Numbered from the stretch's first letter, positions 36,030 through 49,843 are shown. The stretch: 64,000 bases of DNA from Octopus bimaculoides (GCF_001194135.2 NC_068989.1:38135637-38199636), one strand, 5' to 3'. The notes: a model not told the origin generated them from the letters alone. Program-made: numbers and translations.

Positions 36030-37740
36030 GTATAATTCTAATGTAAAAGAATGTGCACCCCTAGTTAAAATTAAGAAGGGAAAAAGTAAGAAATATGAGG
36101 TTTCCCACATCAAGTATGATTATGCATGCAATGGCAGTCCTGCTGAGCCAGAAGGAAGGTGTGTTTTATGTAATGTTGAATTATCAAATATAAGTTTAAA
36201 GTCCTCAAATTAAAGCATTATCTTTTGAAGGAAAAATTGAAAGTGAAGCCTTTCTTCAAAAGCAAGGCAATAGCTTTACAATCATTAAAATATCATGCTG
36301 GTTTCATATGTTAAAACATCTTCATCTTGCTTCCAACTATCTTATAATATTATGTCAGAAATGATTGCAAAGACTAACAAAATGCATACAGTTTTTCATT
36401 CTACCCATTGCCTATAGAATGAGCTATTGCTTAGCTAATGAGAAAACCGCATTAAAATTGAATATGAAACTAATTCCAGTCACATAGTAACAATAGATGA
36501 AATGTCAAAGGATTCAATTGTCTTTTTGGAATATCATAGAGCTCAGGTATGTTTGCATTACAGTTAGATGGAACTACCAATAATATTTCAAGTCAAGTAA
36601 AAGTGTTATGCTGCATATGATACCTTTAATGCAAATAAACTCTGCAAAGACTTTTAGTTTTGTTTTATTAGGCCTTGTTGCTGCGAGCTACATCAAGTGA
36701 AATTCTCTGACTTTTGCTAACTTTTCTCGTGAATAATAATCTGTGTGTGAGTATGAGTGTCACAGTGTGCACCAGACAGTGCAGCTAACACAAGAAAACA
36801 CAGTGGATTATGTGCCAGAATCAAACAATTATATGAGAACGATTTTCTGCAGATGCATTGCATTATTCATCAACATGTTCTAGTATCAAAGGAAAAGAGT
36901 CATGATCTATGTATTCCTATGGGAGTTATTGTGAAGATCGTGAATGTCATTAAAGCCAATCCAACCAATGTTTGATTATTTTCTGCATTATGTAATGTAG
37001 CAGGATCTGCTTACAAAAGTTGTTGCAGTCAGAAGCTAAATGGCTGTCACATGGAAAAGTTCTTCAAAGGGTCCTTAAGCTTCATGAAGAAATAATCTAT
37101 GGTCTATTGTCACAGAAAATTCAAAATTTAATCAGTTTTCTGTTTGAGGAGAAATTTGTGTTGCCTTTATCTTATCTCACTGACATCTTTGATAAAGTCA
37201 ATGCCTTGTACTTGTCCTTTCAAGGAGGGCATTTGAATTAGTGCATTTCACGAGAACTATTGTCAAGGAATTATGTATCATTTCCTTCTCTTGAGACATT
37301 TTCAAAACCACAGAAACTGTGGGCACTACTGGAAATACCTTTCCTGAAGATCTAGATGAAACGTTTCTGATAACTTTTAAGTATAAATATTTCTCTGAGA
37401 TTACAGATAAAAATTCCTATTGAGTAGGGAGTCTATTTCTGTGTGATATTGAAAATGTTTTGCAAGAGTTAAGTGAAGTAATTATTGATATGAAAACTGA
37501 TACTAGTTTCAAAATGTTTCTTAATTTTCAAAGCTTTTGGGATGAATTTCAATCTGTTCAACTTTTCTCAAAGAAGACAATACATATCATGTTTCCATTT
37601 AGTTCAACATATTTGTGTGAAAAAGGCTTTTCTGCTTAAGTTAGTATGAAAACACAATACAGAAGTCCTTCACAAGGGGATGGTGAGTTGCCTTGATAGA
37701 CAACCATCCCAGAATCCATGAACAGTTGTCCCAGAATAAA
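36030..37740 (+). mobile_element. Decayed hAT (Buster/Charlie/SPIN-type) transposase
   Basis: BED-like CVLC, LQLDGTT, MHCIIHQHVL (CxxH), AKWLSHGKVLQRV, LSYLTDIFDKVNALYLSFQG, FSSTYLCEKGFSA (hAT dimerisation). Many stops and frameshifts; TIRs not found. Confidence 0.85.
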
Positions 37741-40251
37741 TGTAAATTACTACAGGTGTTGTTTCTGCCTATAATTTACATTTGGCTAAATTATGTATAT
37801 TGCACTTCTAAATTTTTAAACTTGTCCATCACCAAAATGAAGATGAATTATATGGATGCAAACTATATTCTTTTCTCATTAATAAAGAAGAACAGCCCCC
37901 CCCCCCCCCAAGAAAATTGCTAATTACTTTTAGTAAGTTGGGGGACTTGTCCATTTGAAAATGGCTGAATTAATGTGCCCTTCCTTTTCTAAGACAGTGA
38001 AGTGAAACTTGAGGGAAGTTTGACTACTACTTCTAGAAGATTAAGTAGTATATTTAATCCTAGATTGGTTCAATATTATTTTTTTCTATTTTTTAAAGTC
38101 AAAATTGTGTCTCTTTCAATTTAATCTTTCATTTAGTTAGACTAGTTAGAAAGAATAGTCAAATGTCAAATCTCCATCAAATTGTATTATACTATCTTAG
38201 AGAAAAGAAAAAGGACATTGAATTATATATATCCTTGATATGCTGCTTGAAATAATAGATGTGATGGTCATAGCTGGAATGTCTTAGATGGGAGGTCTGC
38301 TTGGTCAGCAACAACAAATATGCCCCTTTATGACACAAAAGTTTAGAGATTTATTTCAAAATACATTTTCCTCTGGAGTTATAGTTATGTGATTGGTTAC
38401 ATAAAATGATATCACTCTTATTTGGTCTTATGTATCTCCATGAAAATAAAATAGCAGTTAATATAATAGCAATACTAAAGGTACAGTTACTAGCTATCAC
38501 TTGCAAGTGGTTTAGTAACATGCTTTCCCTAATTGTTTTAGGTACCTGTGTAACCATGAACAGATGTAAAAAAAAATTGTTGCTGATGCTTATATTCTTT
38601 GCTGATATACATTGTTGAAAAATATGCATATACACACAATGGAATCCCACAAGATTTTCCTACAAGGTTTGGTCAAACCATGTTTGTGTATCAAGTTGTA
38701 ACTTAACCATTCAATAAGAAGAAAATGATAAAATAAGACTGAAATAATTACTGGGGTTGACTAAAAATACTTGAAGGCAGTGCCCTTGATGATCACTATC
38801 ATATTACTAATACCTGTAAAAAAAACTATTCACTTAAACCGTTGAGGAAATATTTCAGAATTATGAATTCTCTGAAACTAATGAAGGCAGTGTTGCAATG
38901 GAGATATTTTGTTTAGATAAGGAATCAACTTCAGATAGTTTAACATGAAAGAAATATTTTTTCTACTCATTAGTTCTGTTGACTGTTTGTAATATACCAC
39001 AATGAGAGCTTTGACATTTAAGACTTACATATTTTATAAGCTTCAGGAATATGTTGATAACAGTTCTGAAGATGGAGAATATTTCATAATGTTAGATAGA
39101 CAATGTAAATGAGAAATCTTAATAGAAAATACAAATTTAGAAACAAGAGGATTTTCTCAAAAGTTTATGTTTTAGAACAAAACAGCTGTTTTAGAACAAA
39201 ACAGCTGTTTTAGAAGGTGACAAAAGGTTAGCTTTTTGTGGTAGATGCACATGTTACTGGTGGAAGTTTGAAGTGGCATCCTACAGGGCTTTGCTTTATG
39301 CATTGGCCTAAACTTATTCATATAGCTGTGTACACTCATATTTAGCATGTTTGTACACACTTGGACATGGAAAGGCACACTACATAAATGATCATGAGAG
39401 AACATATTAATTTCTCTGTTACTGTGGATCATCAACTATGGATAGAGTCATCATTCATAGCAACTAAAAACTTGTTCTTATATTAGTACAGCAAAAGGTG
39501 CATTTACTGATGTTCAAAAAGCTTTTTCAAGCTGGAATTAATTAGAGGTGCACTAAGCAACATTGAATGAAATATAGGTATATAGAATCATATTTAATGT
39601 GGCCATGTACATTTGGACAGTATATATTTTCCATATTTGAATGTACACGAATGTGTTAAATATGATTGCACACACCTATATATCATTTGTTGCTGGTTAG
39701 TTCACCTCTAATTAATTAGTCTTGTTTGTTGTCTCATGAATGGCTTGCATGTATTTGAAAGTGTGAGTTTTCTGCCAAATATTCAACACTTTTGAAGACA
39801 ATGGGAATGCTGAAATGTGGCAAAGGGTTTGTTTACTTTGAATCCTTGATTTATTTCAAAGTAGCTAACTTATGAATAAAAAAAAATTTGATATTTTTCG
39901 AATAATTTCACAAATTCTTATATCTATAAAATCTTGAAAGATGTAAACAATCCATAGAGGTAGAAGTTTACAAAAATAGTCCAAGGAGAATCACTAAATT
40001 AACTGTAACATCAGAACTTTATGTTCCATTTGACTTTAATGTTCTCTAGACATAGGCTCAGGAACAGAGGGTGCTAGCACACCCACTAAAATGTTTTGTG
40101 TAGTGGGGTAACAAAGACATTTTGAATATCCTCCGGATAAACTACATCACCAAAAAAAACCAAAAAAAAACACAAGAGTAGAAACATTTTTGGACTGATT
40201 TGAAACATTACTTTTCCACTGTTGGATTTGTCTGATTTGATTGATGTACAA

Positions 40252-40315
<64 letters not shown>

Positions 40316-40543
40316 CATAATAATTATAATGATTATTATTAAGACTGAAAAAAATGGACCTTGTTTGTAAAAAAAATTTTGTATCTGGGTTTGCACCCCT
40401 TTAGCATGTTTCATTCCCTTAGTTATATCTCTAGACAGAGGGATGTGATATATGCTAATATTTAATAGCAATAAAAGTCAACCTCAACATAGAAGGGATC
40501 TTAGAATCCCATCATTCCTCAGAAAAGAATTCTTATGAATTAC

Positions 40544-40774
40544 TTAACCATTTTGTTACAACATTTCTGTTGAAATACACTGCTTTTATTTCACTTAATT
40601 TTGAAAATAATAAAGAATTTAATAAAATAACTTTGTCATCATTAATCTGATGTTTGGAACATAAGTCAACATGAAATTTTGAATGAAAGTTTTAGTTTAA
40701 ATCATGTTAAAACTGAAAGTTTGCATCATTAGAAGGTGGTGTAGTCTCAGGTAGTTTGGTAGCAAGTGAGTTAA
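40544..40774. mobile_element. Probable piggyBac-type MITE (TTAA at both ends)
   Basis: TTAA-CCATTTTGTTACAAC...GGTAGCAAGTGAG-TTAA, with only degenerate terminal inverted repeats. Confidence 0.4.
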
Positions 40775-41420
40775 GAAGTAAGGCAACATATTTGCAAAGT
40801 AGTTAACCTTCTCAATAAGAATGTATACCAGCTGAAATTGATTATCAAAGAAGTTGCTGAATCAAAGATTGCCAACTAATTCAAAAGTAGAATTGATAGA
40901 CATCGGAAATTACAACATTAGAAATACACGTCTAATATTTTGATGTTTCTTATTACTGACTGATGTAAGGAAGGGCAGTGTCCATAAAATTTGCTGGATT
41001 TCCTGGACTGGTAAGACCAATGTAACCGATGATCAAACTAACCATTTATAAGTCAATGCAGAAAAGATAAAAAAGCATGAGTGGAGAGAGAACCATGGGT
41101 CTGGATGAAAACCTGTAACAGAGTTAACTTATTTGAATGCTCTCAATGACAAGGTGGTGCTACATCAGTGAAGTATGTTTGTCCTGCCACCCCAATTAGG
41201 CCTATAGAAAAGTATTATGATGAATAAGCCAGCTCTTTTTGATATTATGATAAATCTTCTAAGTACCAGGTATTACTTATACAAATGTTATCAACCTTGT
41301 TGAGATAGACAAAAGAGGTGATTTTGATAAAAACTGTCTGTCACTCAAAATTAAGTACAAACTATGTTATTAATCATTATCTTTGGCAAAAGGCCAGACA
41401 TCATTTCAGATGTACATTTA

Positions 41421-41795
41421 GGTATGTGGCTGTGTGGTAAGAAGTTTGCTTCCCACCCACATGGTTCTGGATTCAGTCTCATTATATGGCACCTTGGTCG
41501 AGTGCCTTCTACTTCAGTCACTGGGCAACCAAAGTCTTTTGAGTGGATTTGGTAGATGGAAACTGAAAGAAGCCTGTCATATATATATGTATATATATTT
41601 ATGTGTGTGGGTCTTTGTGTCTCTCACCACGCCTCAACAGCTGGTATTGGTGTGTTCATATCCCTGTAATTTAGTGGTTCAGCAAAAGGGACCAATAGGA
41701 AAATAAGTACAGGGGTTGATTAGTTCAACTAAAATTCCTTGACGCAGTGCCCCAGCATGGCCACAGTCCAATGACTGAAACAAGTAAAAGACAAA
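41421..41795 (+). mobile_element. SINE family A copy
   Basis: Head, core, TA/TG tract, body and GTAAAAGA tail. Confidence 0.9.
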
Positions 41796-42340
41796 ATATA
41801 TATGTATATATGTGCACCTTCACATCCCATTAATCATCATCCATTTTACACTAATATTTCATGATAGCATGGGCTAGTTCAAGTCATTTCTTATTGGGAG
41901 TTACATGTACAAACCATTTGCTTTGGTTTCTATGTTTGGATGCTCTTGCTATTGCCAGCCATATTTATGTATTGAGATGAGTATGCTCTACTGAATGTAT
42001 AGTGTTACAGTGTGCTTGAAAATTAGAGTACCAATGGGCTGAGAGGAAAACCAAATATATATAAGAAGATTCAAAGTTAAGAGAAAAGACTCAGCTGATG
42101 TGAATATGAATTGTATATTGGTGATAAAAGTTTAAAAAATAAGTGCTAGGTAATCCAAATGGAAGCAACCCACAAGACTGATGGGGAAAGGTGATCTTAG
42201 AAGGCTAAACCCCAGGAAGAAGTTACCAAAGTAGCAAGATATTGTCTAAGAAAAGATGCTTCCGAACTATGTAAGCAAAGGAAAATAGATGTAAAATGAT
42301 AATGGTAATGATGATGATAATGATAATATATATATATCTT

Positions 42341-42379
<39 letters not shown>

Positions 42380-42599
42380 AAATAGTAAATGAGTATATGC
42401 ATATATACGTACAGGTATGTGCATACCGACATCCACCTGTATGTATAGGTGCATATCTGGGTACAGGACATTGCAAACAAAACGTAGACGACAAAACACA
42501 CAAGCCACATAGAGAACATTCTTCTTCATCAGCTACCCTCGTTTTAACACCGGCGTTTCGATATATATATATATACCACACACACACACACATATATCT

Positions 42600-42896
42600 A
42601 TCATCATCATCATCATCATCATCATTTAACGCCCGCTTTCCATACTGGCATGGGTTGGATGGTTTGACTGAGGGCTGGCGAGCCAGAAGGCTGCACCAGG
42701 CTCCAATCCGATCTGGCAATGTTTCTACTGCTGGATGCCCTTCCTAACGCCAACCACTCTGAGAGTGTATTGGGCGCTTTTTATGTACCACTAGCAAAAG
42801 GGCCAGTCAAGCATTATTGGCATCGACCACGCTTGAATGGTACTTTTAACATGCCACCAGCATGGGAGCCAGTCAGGCAGCACTGGCATCAATCAT

Positions 42897-42897
<1 letters not shown>
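42600..42897 (-). mobile_element. SINE family C copy including two ~60-bp internal subrepeats
   Basis: (ATC)n tail, GGATGCCCTTCCTAACGCCAACC, then GCCAGTCAAG../GCCAGTCAGGCAGCACTGGCATC subrepeats ending at (CA)n. Confidence 0.85.
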
Positions 42898-42939
<42 letters not shown>

Positions 42940-42989
42940 CATAAAGATAAGCATATTAAAAGGGGTCTGTGGGGAAAACTCATTTAAAT

Positions 42990-43052
42990 AAAAGGGTTGA
43001 GAACCACTGTTGGGGACCACTGTGAAAAGGTTGGGAACCACTGGTTCACAAT
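42990..43052 (+). mobile_element. hAT/Charlie-like terminal fragments in tandem
   Basis: AAAGGGTTGAGAACCACTG followed by AAAAGGTTGGGAACCACTG; both resemble the right end of Charlie-type elements. Confidence 0.45.
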
Positions 43053-43136
43053 GTCTGGTGACCTGCTTTTGAATTCTGCCAAGATGTATTTCTTAAAATG
43101 CAAACATAAAGGAAAAATCTCACATCTTGGTAGTTG

Positions 43137-43228
43137 CAGGTTCAGTTCTACTGTGTGGCATCTTGTGCTAGTGATTTCTACTATAGCCTCAGATTGACCA
43201 AAGCCTTGTGAGTGAAAGAAGCTCGTTG

Positions 43229-43259
<31 letters not shown>

Positions 43260-43483
43260 TTGTGTATGTGTGTGTGTGTGTTTGTTCCTCACCACCACCT
43301 GACAATCAGTGTTAGTATATTTATGCCTCTGTGACTTAACTGTTTGGCAAAAGAGACCAATAGAATAAGCACCAGGCTTAAAAAGAATAAGTACAGGGGT
43401 TGATTCGATCAATTAAAATTCTTCAGGGCAGTGCCCCAGCATGGCCACACTCTAATGATTGAAACAAGTAAAAGGTAAAAGAT
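43137..43483 (+). mobile_element. SINE family A copy (5'-truncated)
   Basis: Core, (TG)n, body and AAGTAAAAGGTAAAAGA tail. Confidence 0.85.
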
Positions 43484-44199
43484 GTATGCATATCTATCTG
43501 TCTGTCTGTCTGTCAATGAATCATAATAAGTTAACCAGTGCCGACTGGTTGAGCCAATACCTGCCTAGATGCTAATACTTTTTATGGCAACTCTTTTATG
43601 GTATTACATTAGTTCATTGTTCCAAACTGGGAAAATCTGAGAGTTATGGTTCAAATCTTAGCTAGGGTCATGCTACAGTAATCTTCTTGCAGTGAGTTAT
43701 TTACACTACAAACAAGATTAAAATATATAATAATGAAATTTGCAGTTAAAACAACAAAAGCATGTACATCATATAAATTTACAGAAAGAATAAAAGCAAA
43801 AAGTTTGCAACCATAAGAAGAGAATATATAAAAGTTCATAAAATCGTTCAATATATGTATTAAATGTCAGAACACATTATTATACATAATAGTAATGTTT
43901 TTATTTAGGAACAATAGCTTTGTGAGCTGCAAATGTCTGCATGTATTGGTAATTTTGATGATGTGTGAAAATGTAGTTACGACTGGTGTATTTGCATCAT
44001 TGTAAGCTTTTAAATTCAGTCAATAGTGTGAGATAAACTGTGAAGAGTGAGGAAAAAGCTGAGCATCTGTGTTTAGCTGATGCAAGAGTAGCAAGTTGTG
44101 CTGTATATGTTGACATGTTCTGCAGAGAAATGACAAATACACGTGTGGGTTCTAAAGAACACAGGAAAAATATAAATTGAAAAGTGAGTGTAATACAAG

Positions 44200-44370
44200 T
44201 ACAATAAGCTACTGAAGACCTGCTGGACATGCTAAGCCAAATAACTTCCTCTATGTATATTGTGACTCAGATTGTAGAGAGGAAAGAAGAAAATGCCTGG
44301 TGGAATGCAAGTGTGCAGGAAATGTGGCTGGTGTTAAGCAGGTTCATTACTGAAGGAAAGTAAAGTAGTA
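44200..44370 (+). mobile_element. Possible decayed RTE-clade LINE fragment
   Basis: The frame contains ERKEENAWWNASVQE, resembling the WWNxxV motif between endonuclease and RT in RTE elements. Single motif only. Confidence 0.25.
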
Positions 44371-44688
44371 CAGTGTAAACTATTGCTAATCATATCTAAT
44401 AGAAACACTGTTGAGAATTATAGTGTAGATTTGAAATATATGGAAATAATCGCTGAGTCCATGTCTAAGTGAATGTATGCATGCATTTTGATATAACATT
44501 GCATACACCATATGTAGATATGAATGATAATAAAAATGAAAAGTTAGTCAGAAGCAATGAAAGTATAGTATTTTTAGTTTATTTCTATACATTTATTTAA
44601 AATGTCATAGAATTTTCTTAAGCTCTTTGGAGTCAATATCTCAGAGACACAGAGACTGACTCTGAAGTGTTAGACATATAGATGAGAT

Positions 44689-44899
44689 TTGACCTTTTAG
44701 AATTTATATTACTCTGTGAAATGTAATGCTTATTTATTCATATTATTTTGAATTAATCATGTATTTTCTCATAATTTTGAAATTTCAATGATCTGATTGT
44801 TAATTTTTAGAGTGACAGTGTGGGGTAGGTGTGAGTGGTCAGATCTGGCCAATTTCAACATCTGGCCAGATATGGCTGGTTTAAATGCTAAAGGATTAA
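44689..44899. mobile_element. Probable piggyBac-type MITE
   Basis: TTGACCTTTTAGAATTT ... AAATGCTAAAGGATTAA: imperfect TIRs of the TTAACCCTTTAGCATTT type. Confidence 0.5.
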
Positions 44900-45060
44900 G
44901 CAACGTTTCATTTTATATCCTTGGGAAAATTTGAAGATATTGTAGACTTGTATATAAATAAATTAAGAAGCAATATCTTGATTACATCTACCTATACTTT
45001 CTCTTTAGGATTTCTTGGTGCACTGATGATGGGGGCTTTTTTGTTATTCTTTTTCTTTTT

Positions 45061-45116
<56 letters not shown>

Positions 45117-45270
45117 GTTTTAAATACATGTTGTTTTTGCAAATGACAGTTTATGAGTGGGTTGTTTGAAAAAGTAATTAAAAATAGTATATGTGTGTAT
45201 GTGTACATGATTGTGCCTTTAGAGCATGATTATTCACATTTTGCTTTGTGTGAGAAACTTTGAGTAGCAA

Positions 45271-45322
<52 letters not shown>

Positions 45323-47509
45323 GATTAACTTTTAGAATCTTTGTCTATAAATTTGAGAATGATGTGAAGTATACTAATTGATAATTTATTTTTTGAACAT
45401 TATTAATTATATCATATATTGTAATCTTAATAAATAGTTCTGTAAATAAATTTATTGCAAAAATTATTAATCATTTGAGCAAATGCTGTCATATGAGTAA
45501 ACACATATGCACACACATACACACTTTCATTCATACAAACTCAGACACAGTAATATTTTCTGTTTGAATATGATTGTCTTTTGACACACCATTCAGTATA
45601 ATGAATTATAATGCATCATTACGTGAATGTAAATGTTTCTAGGACAGCCTGTATAAGCACACATATATACACTCATGCACACACAGTCTAACTCTCAAGA
45701 TATAAATAATTGAACACACGTACACAATCACATGTGCATTGTGCATAAACATTTCACACCTTTTACTGAAGCATAATTATGCCAATATGTCAATATATCT
45801 TTCATATATTCATTTATTTATCTTTTCTATGAGTGTGTGTGTTAGAAAGCATATTCTCTCACTGCTACAGAAGCACTTCTGTTATTACAAACTTCATGCT
45901 AAATAGTACATGTTTCTGTTTCCACTGAGTGTCAACTCTGTCTCTCACCTCACTAATGTAGATTGTTATTTCAAGGAGAACTAAACTGAAATGATATTTT
46001 GCCCTTCATTTACTGCTTACTTCCACCTAGCTGCTCTTACAACAGCTATCTCTTCTCTTCAGTTTCAGCCTGAATTGAATTCATTTTGCCTGTTTCAGCT
46101 ATTGCTCATTATTGTATATTCCCCAAAGTGAAAAACCTTAATAGAGATAAATATTGCAGGAAGTCAGATGACTTACTGAATTCCCATTTGGGTTTGTTGA
46201 GTAAAACCAATTATTCTTTCAGAAGATATTGTTGTCATGAATAGAATTGTTATGGAGCTTTCTGGCAGATACAAAAGTGATTCCATCCACAACTCTTTGT
46301 AAAGTCTGACGAGACTTTTAGACAACCAGACTAACATTGTTATTTCTTGTTTTATCATTTTATTTCTGTTTAAGTTTTTTTTTGTGCTGTTTGTTTGGCA
46401 CTCATTCTTATTAAATGTTTTAGATAATCATGGTAGATTTATTTTGTAAATATGATTCATGGTTGAAATGCATGTTGAATGAAAGAAAATGAGAAAAGAA
46501 AATCTTCAACTGTACAAGTTAACGTTGTATTTGGTAATTGCTGCATTGAAATGTGGCATTGTGGGTAATCTACTGTTTCAATACGCTATCTTACTCTGCT
46601 GATGTATAACTAAATCTATGGTAGTCAGCCCAAAACAAACAGAATAGCTTTGTTGTGTATGTTTGAAATTCGGAGATGCCATTACTTTTGCGATGGCATT
46701 CATGGATAAATTAATAAAGCATTCAATGGATCGTAGGTCTGTGAGAAGTAATTGATTTGCAAGACAAATAAGAACTGTGGGCCTGTGACTTAAATGATAA
46801 TTCTGGAGCATCAGCAGGGTAAATATTATAATAAAGGAAACAAAAAAGAAAAAGAAAACCGTTAAATATATATAAGCAGAAACTTCTTCATTATAGAAAT
46901 TGTTCCACTGACAACATATATTCAATGGAAAATGGATTTATCAGTGGACTTCCAGAGTTCACTTTGTTTCTTTTATTTTTATACATATGGCAGTAATATT
47001 CCTTGGGGTATGTTTCTCTACTGTTAGTTTATGTTCCTCCTATGTAGTTTAGATGTCACTTTTTCCCTCTCTGTGACCCCACTATCTCTCTCATTCAACT
47101 CTAAAGCAAGTTTCTAAATGTCTTTTTTTATGAAATATATAGTTTGCTGAGAAATCAATGCAACTAAGTGGATAAGGTCCATCACTTGTGAACCTGTGTT
47201 TGGTACCTGTCTTTGGTACTAAACCTCGCCAATCTTAGAGTATACAACTGTAAATTAAATATAAAGATGGGAATAGTTCCTCAAATAATACAGTTTGTAC
47301 TGTTCAGTCTGCAAGTAGTTTATTATCTTGCAGCACTTAGTTCTAATAATTTAAGTTGTTCAAACAATGATGTTTGGATAATAGAGTGAACAGGAGCATG
47401 ATAACAAGATTATATTGATCATTGTGGTAACTGATTAGACTTTAGGGCTACATAAGTTTACTGCTTGGCTACTTGAAACGATCATTATTATTTTAGTTTC
47501 TCATAGTGT

Positions 47510-48272
47510 GGTGGAGTGGCCAAATATTAGAGCACTGAACAAAATATTTTGCCGCACTTGTCTGGCACTTGCCTTTTGTCCTTCTGGAGTTGATGAAATA
47601 AGGTACCAGTTGAATACTGAGGTTGACAGTATTGATTAAGTGCCTCCTTTTAAAACCACTGGTTATGTGTTTAAATCAGAAACAAGGTATTGACCTGAGT
47701 AAAGTGTTAGAACTATGGAAAGAATACTTTGTGGTGTTTGTTTCAGCTCTTTTACTGTACGAATGGCCTATTGGTTAGGGCAGCGGACTCGCAGTTTCGA
47801 TTTCCAGACCAGGCGTTGTGAGTGTTTATTGAGCGAAAACACCTAAAGCTCCACGAGGCTCCGGCAGGGGATGGTGACGAACCCTGCTGTACTCTTTCAC
47901 CACAACTTTCTCTTACTTCCTGTTTCTGTTGTGCCTGTAATTCAAAATGTTGACTTTGATTTTCATTCCTCCAGAGTCAATAAAATAAAGTTAAGCACTA
48001 TGGTCAATGTTATCAATTAACCCACTTCCCTCAAAAATGCTGATTTTGAGGTTAAGGCAGCAAATTGGCAGAATCATTAGCCTACCAAGTGAAATGATTA
48101 GTGGCATTTCGTCTATCTTCATGTTCTGAATTCAAATTCCACTGGGTTGACTTTGCCTTTCAGCCTTTTGGGGTTGATTAATTAAGTACCATTGAAACAC
48201 TGAGGCTGATATAATTGACTAGTCTTCTCCCCACAAATTTCAGGCCTTGTGCCTTTAGTAGAAAGGATTATT
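47510..48272 (+). mobile_element. Three tandem SINE family B copies (~47510-47690, ~47690-48050, ~48055-48272)
   Basis: Each carries the GCCTTT..TCCTT..GG.GTTGAT.AAAT.AGTACC motif; the third ends GTGCCTTTAGTAGAAAGGATTATT. Confidence 0.8.
47757..47947 (+). mobile_element. Young tRNA-derived SINE (family F) 5' part nested in a family B copy
   Basis: A box TGGCCTATTGGTTAGGGCAGCGG and B box GTTTCGATTTCC; CpG-rich; family B sequence resumes after it. Confidence 0.7.
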
Positions 48273-48529
48273 GATTTGACTTAGGTTCGTACTTATTCCT
48301 GGCAGAATTTATGGGGGTTGCAGATTACTACTTGTAACCTTAGGTATCCACAAGCTTTCAATAGCCTTTCAAGTGCTTAAGACACTCCTGATAACCTTTC
48401 CTGTCTGTAAGGCAAACTTTCTGCACAAGCTCTACAAGACATTCTATTCCAACCTCCTTCAACCATTTGTTATATCTTTGTTTACAGTTCCCAATGCACC
48501 AACCATTGTAGGCATAACCTTTACAGTTT
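48273..48529 (-). mobile_element. 3' end of the same Dong-type family as 21990-23697
   Basis: Reverse complement CTTGTGGATACCTAAGGTTAC...ATAAATTCTGCCAGGAATAAG matches 23600-23690 and encodes VMPTMVGALGTVNKDITKWLKEVGIE. Confidence 0.85.
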
Positions 48530-48542
48530 ATTATTATTATTA

Positions 48543-49095
48543 TTGAGTGAGAGAGCAGATCATGCCATCAAAATGACACTGGGGTAAAATATACGGAGCC
48601 CAGTATACCCATCATGACTAGATATCCAATAAGGGTACACCAGGGACATGCATCAAAACCATATGTGCACGACATATTGATCTCATATCAAGATAAATAG
48701 TGCATGAACTTGCAGGTGGGACCCAGTTAGAATTTTCTTCGAGTAGCCTATCCCACTCAAAAGGTCACTGAATAAGAGTTGTTTAAGGATGTTGAACAAA
48801 ACACCCATGTTTCCAAAGGTGAATTATTCAAACCCCAAAGAATTCCTCTCAACACATGGCTTTGATGCTCCCCCACTACTTCTGCTCATGATCAGAGATG
48901 CAAATATTGTCAGCCACCAAGGGACATGCTCAACTGGTTAAAGTCAAACAACTGTCAAGCAAATCTGTGGTATTGAGCAGAATATTTGCTGTAATCCATC
49001 TTTTGTGCCAATACAAAACAATATATATGATAAAACTTCCAATCAGTTAAAATCAGAAGCCATGAGAGCCACTGCCTGATACTGCATCCGGGCAT
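48543..49095 (-). mobile_element. Family D non-autonomous element, longest copy (~550 bp), (ATT)n on both sides
   Basis: Colinear with 34845-35398 and 23937-24060. Confidence 0.85.
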
Positions 49096-49134
49096 TTATT
49101 ATTATTATTATTATTTAGCAGCAGTAGTAGTAGT

Positions 49135-49339
49135 AATAAACAATTCTGACTAATTTTGGTACAAGGCCAGAAGCTTCAGTGGTATGGAATTTAGTCAAGT
49201 ACATCAGTCTCAGAAACTGACTGGTACTTATTTTATTGACTCCAAAAGGCTGAAGGAGAAAGTTGACTTTGGTGAGATTTGAACTCAGAACATAAAGATC
49301 TGAAAGAAATGCCACTAAACATTTTGTCTGATGCACTAA

Positions 49340-49393
<54 letters not shown>

Positions 49394-49455
49394 TTAGTAA
49401 TAAAAATGGATTCAAATTTTGGCACAAGGCCAGCATTTTTGGAGGAATGGGTAAG
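49135..49455 (-). mobile_element. SINE family B copies separated by (AAT)n
   Basis: GGTACTTATTTTATTGACTCCAAAAGGCTGAAGGAGAAAGTTGAC and TTTTGGCACAAGGCCAGC segments. Confidence 0.7.
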
Positions 49456-49843
49456 NNNNNNNNNNNNNNNNNNNNNNNNNNNNNNNNNNNNNNNNNNNNN
49501 NNNNNNNNNNNNNNNNNNNNNNNNNNNNNNNNNNNNNNNNNNNNNNNNNNNNNNNNNNNNNNNNNNNNNNNNNNNNNNNNNNNNNNNNNNNNNNNNNNNN
49601 NNNNNNNNNNNNNNNNNNNNNNNNNNNNNNNNNNNNNNNNNNNNNNNNNNNNNNNNNNNNNNNNNNNNNNNNNNNNNNNNNNNNNNNNNNNNNNNNNNNN
49701 NNNNNNNNNNNNNNNNNNNNNNNNNNNNNNNNNNNNNNNNNNNNNNNNNNNNNNNNNNNNNNNNNNNNNNNNNNNNNNNNNNNNNNNNNNNNNNNNNNNN
49801 NNNNNNNNNNNNNNNNNNNNNNNNNNNNNNNNNNNNNNNNNNN

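Noticed and set aside
39250-39320. SGILQG-like CR1/L2 RT motif (and an NLLDFL-like motif near 40990)
   Set aside because: Isolated, highly degenerate and out of the expected order; insufficient to call.
46200-46262. GPCR TM3 (E/DRY)-like ILFMTTISSER
   Set aside because: No conserved cysteine ~25 residues upstream, no Y after ER and no other transmembrane exons found.
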